This document shows positions 61,181-64,000 of a DNA stretch of 64,000 bases, piece by piece. The notes below the pieces were generated by a model. It searched no databases. It saw only the letters and a list, made by a program, of their open reading frames with translations, and had not been told where the DNA came from. The translations under genes and the position numbers were made by a program. The stretch comes from Mobula hypostoma (Eukaryota), in contig NC_086097.1 in the NCBI RefSeq assembly GCF_963921235.1, positions 34,350,001 to 34,414,000 on the forward strand, in the 5' to 3' direction. Position 1 is the stretch's first letter. Every line of letters begins with the position of its first letter.

Positions 61181-62014
61181 ATCTTTAGGATGTAGGGAAA
61201 AAAATAAAAGTTCCAATTATGCCACTGTGCAACTCAAATAGTTGCACTTACTTTGTGGAGATGATCACTTGTCTGGCACTTCTGTGTTACAAATGTTTCT
61301 TGCCACTTATTGCCCATGTCCGGATATTGTCTAGGCCTTGTTACATGCAGGCACAGGCTGCTTCATTTGTTGTGCTGCAAATGGAACATCAGGCAAACAT
61401 CAATACCTACTCCACATTCTCATTAAAAGATGGGAGGAGATTTAATGATGAAGCAGCTGATGATCATTTAAGGTTTTTTCTTTGCAGAAGAACAGATAAT
61501 GCACACACTGCCAATGAGTAAGTACTTTGCCAATGTGTTGAAAGTGTGAAATTTGCCTTGACACTTGGGGCAGAAGCCTGTCTGGGCAGATCAATTGATT
61601 TTGCCAGTAGTAGTCAAGCATGTCATTGCTACTTTACTCCACTGTGTTTAACGTTGGCATATTCCAATTAAATAATAATGAGTATCGGGCACATGTTCCC
61701 TCCGTGGACAGTCAATTAAAGGGGACTTTCTGAACTGAGGTGGTAGCCAGGCTAAGGGGTTGGAGGCACATTTAATTTTCTTTTAAATTTTATCCAAACT
61801 TCTTGTTTCTGTCATAATCTTTTATCTGAAAATATGCAATGATTATGTTTATTTTGAATTGATTAGCTTGCTGGTACATATGTCGTGAGCAGTCCATGCA
61901 CCCAAACATTCACTTTGAAGTGAAGGTTGAAGATTAGACCCGAGATGCAAAGCAGCAATATTACTTCACCACGGGGGAAAGTTGTTGAAATTTATATTTT
62001 TAAATATCCACTGA

Positions 62015-62960
62015 CTCAAACTACAAGTTAACCTTCAGGGAATTCTGCACTAGGATTCCCAGGTCTCTTTTGCACCTCCAGTTTCTGAAATCGCATCCTA
62101 TTGAGAAAATAGTCTACACCTTTATTCTTTCTATCAAAATGCATTCTACCGTTTCCTTCCCTATTCTTCTAAACTGTCCAAGTCCTTCTGCAGCATCGTA
62201 TCATCCACAAATATGACCACAAAAGCCATCAATTTCATTAGCCAGATCATTATTATTTAACATGAGAAGTAGCAGACCCAATACTGAATGTTGTAGAACA
62301 CCTCAGATCACCGGCAGCTAACCAGAAAAGGCCCCCTTTATACACACACTTTGCCTTCTGCCAGCCAGCCAACCTTCTGTCCATGTTGGTATCCTTCCTA
62401 TCATACCAAGGGCTCTCATCTTGTTAAGGAGCTTCATGTATGGCACTTTGTCAAAGGCCACCTGAAAATGCAAGTAAACAACATCCACCGACTCTCCCTT
62501 GTCCGTCCTGCCTGTTATTTCCTCAAATAATTCCAACAGGTGCGTGGCACATGGCCAAGTGGTTAAGGTGTTCGTCCAGTGATCTGAAGGTCGCTAGTTC
62601 GGGCCTTGGCTGAGGTAGCGTGTGTGTCCTTGAGCAAGGCACTTAACCACACATTGCTCTGCAATGACACTGGTGCCAAGCTGTATGGGTCCTAATGCCC
62701 TTCCCTTGGACAACATCGGTGACGTGGAGAAGGGAGACTTGCAGCATGGGCAACTGCTGGTCTTCCATACAACCTCGCCCAGGCCTGCGCCCTAGAAACT
62801 TTCCAAGGCGCAAATCCACGGTCTCGTGAGACTAACGGATGCCTAAAAAAATTCCAACAGATTTGCCAGGCAAGATTTCCCCTCCAGGAAACCATGCTGA
62901 ATTCAGCCTATTTTATTGTGTGCCTTACAAGTACCCCAAAACCTCATCCTTAACAATGGA
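62015..62960 (-). mobile_element. CR1 RT fragment interrupted by a tRNA SINE
   Basis: ORF 62318..62536 (FEEITGRTDKGESVDVVYLHFQVAFDKVP). Confidence 0.85.
62540..62849 (+). mobile_element. Full-length tRNA-derived CORE-like SINE
   Basis: A and B boxes, gtgtccttgagcaaggcacttaacc, short A tail. 11-bp TSD aattccaacag at 62529-62539 and 62850-62860. Confidence 0.9.
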
Positions 62961-63569
62961 CCTTGTTAAAGCAGAGGGTAAACTCAATTCAAACTCTTGT
63001 TCAGCAAATCTGATTTTTTTTTAAATTAGGGTGAAAAAAGGGTATCTTAAATGATGTTCTAAATCCGACATCTGAAGAAATTAAAGCCATAACAAAGCTG
63101 AGACATATATTACCTAAATCATTAGAATCTGACATTTAATTAGAAAATTTCCTGCTCTAAGCACCTGGCTAATGTTTCATTCTCAGAGTTATTAAGAGAA
63201 GATGAATTTTAGTATCATCTTCAATTACTTTTTCCTATTGAATATGATATTTTTTCTGCAATTTGTCCCCAAAGTTTCTATATCTAGGCAGTTCAAATGC
63301 ATACAAGTGTAAAAGTGTTTTGCTGGTGGAAATGATGTACCCTGCAAAGAGTATGATCCAAAATAACCGTTCTAAACATAGACCTCAAACAGAATGGCTG
63401 CAGTATATAGTCATTAATGTTATTCATCACCAAGAATTATATCTTTAAAATAGCAATAAAATAGGGCATTTAGGTGCTATGAGTAATATAGAAGCAAATT
63501 GTATTCATTTTTGCACCAATTTACTCTATTTTAATCTACTTGTTAAGTTTTCTTATGAATACAAACTGA

Positions 63570-63720
63570 AAGTGTTGGAAATATTAAAGAGGTGAGGCTA
63601 CATCTGTGGAACCATCAATCTGGAACATCTTTCTGTTCTCTCTCCACAGGTGCTGCCTGACCTGCTGAGTGCTTCCAGCATTTTCTGGTTCTAGTTCAGA
63701 TTTCCAGCATCTGCAACACT
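63570..63720 (+). mobile_element. Old Penelope pLTR fragment
   Basis: tgctgcctgacctgctgagtgcttccagcatttt...gatttccagcatctgca. Confidence 0.7.
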
Positions 63721-64000
63721 TTCTTTAAACTTTCAGAACATACCCCCCTCTCTGCTTCTGCTCGTGTAACGAGATCTTAAAAATCCAATTGATAATACAA
63801 ATGACACTTATTTTACAGAAAACTGGATTAAAAATTTGTAGGCACGGAGAAGAGGGGGTGAGCTTTGAATTTTTTCATTGCCCCCAGGAACAACCAGATC
63901 ACCCCATTGAAATGAACAAAAAGGGCAAAGCACACATATTCAGAAAGGACACAAAGCTCAAACTTCAAAGTAAATTTATTTATCAAAGTACTTTTTTTTC

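Noticed and set aside
62545..62615. tRNA gene
   Set aside because: It has A and B boxes but no clean cloverleaf. It continues into a SINE body flanked by a TSD and recurs at 32600 and 30338.
5236..63720. Recurring gctgcctggcctgctgagttc repeat as a CRISPR array or satellite
   Set aside because: Copies are dispersed, in both orientations and linked to a GIY-YIG fragment, so they are Penelope pLTRs. The context is eukaryotic with no cas genes.

Overview
Vertebrate, non-coding, transposon-dense window. The repeat landscape (CR1-dominated, HE1-like V-SINEs, many Penelope 3' ends) suggests a cartilaginous fish, probably a ray; this is inference. I found no confident host protein-coding gene. Nearly every long ORF in the track is a decayed transposon fragment or its antisense shadow. 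Retroelements: many CR1 and Rex1/Babar-type LINE pieces, an L1/Tx1 3' end, a near full-length RTE LINE interrupted by an 843-bp solo LTR, a BovB-like RTE fragment, a HERO-like restriction-endonuclease LINE fragment, a decayed chromodomain-bearing Gypsy element, tRNA SINEs and several ORF-less non-autonomous families. DNA transposons: a full-length Passport-like Tc1, a Charlie/MER1-like hAT with a nested palindromic MITE, and other MITEs. The most notable signal is more than a dozen Penelope-like 3' repeats whose consensus folds as a minimal type-I hammerhead ribozyme. Many of these occur as short fold-back insertions flanked by target-site duplications (TSDs). One appears fused to an unrelated non-autonomous retroelement inside a single TSD. 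All identifications are by eye. Boundaries are approximate unless a TSD or terminal inverted repeat (TIR) is quoted.
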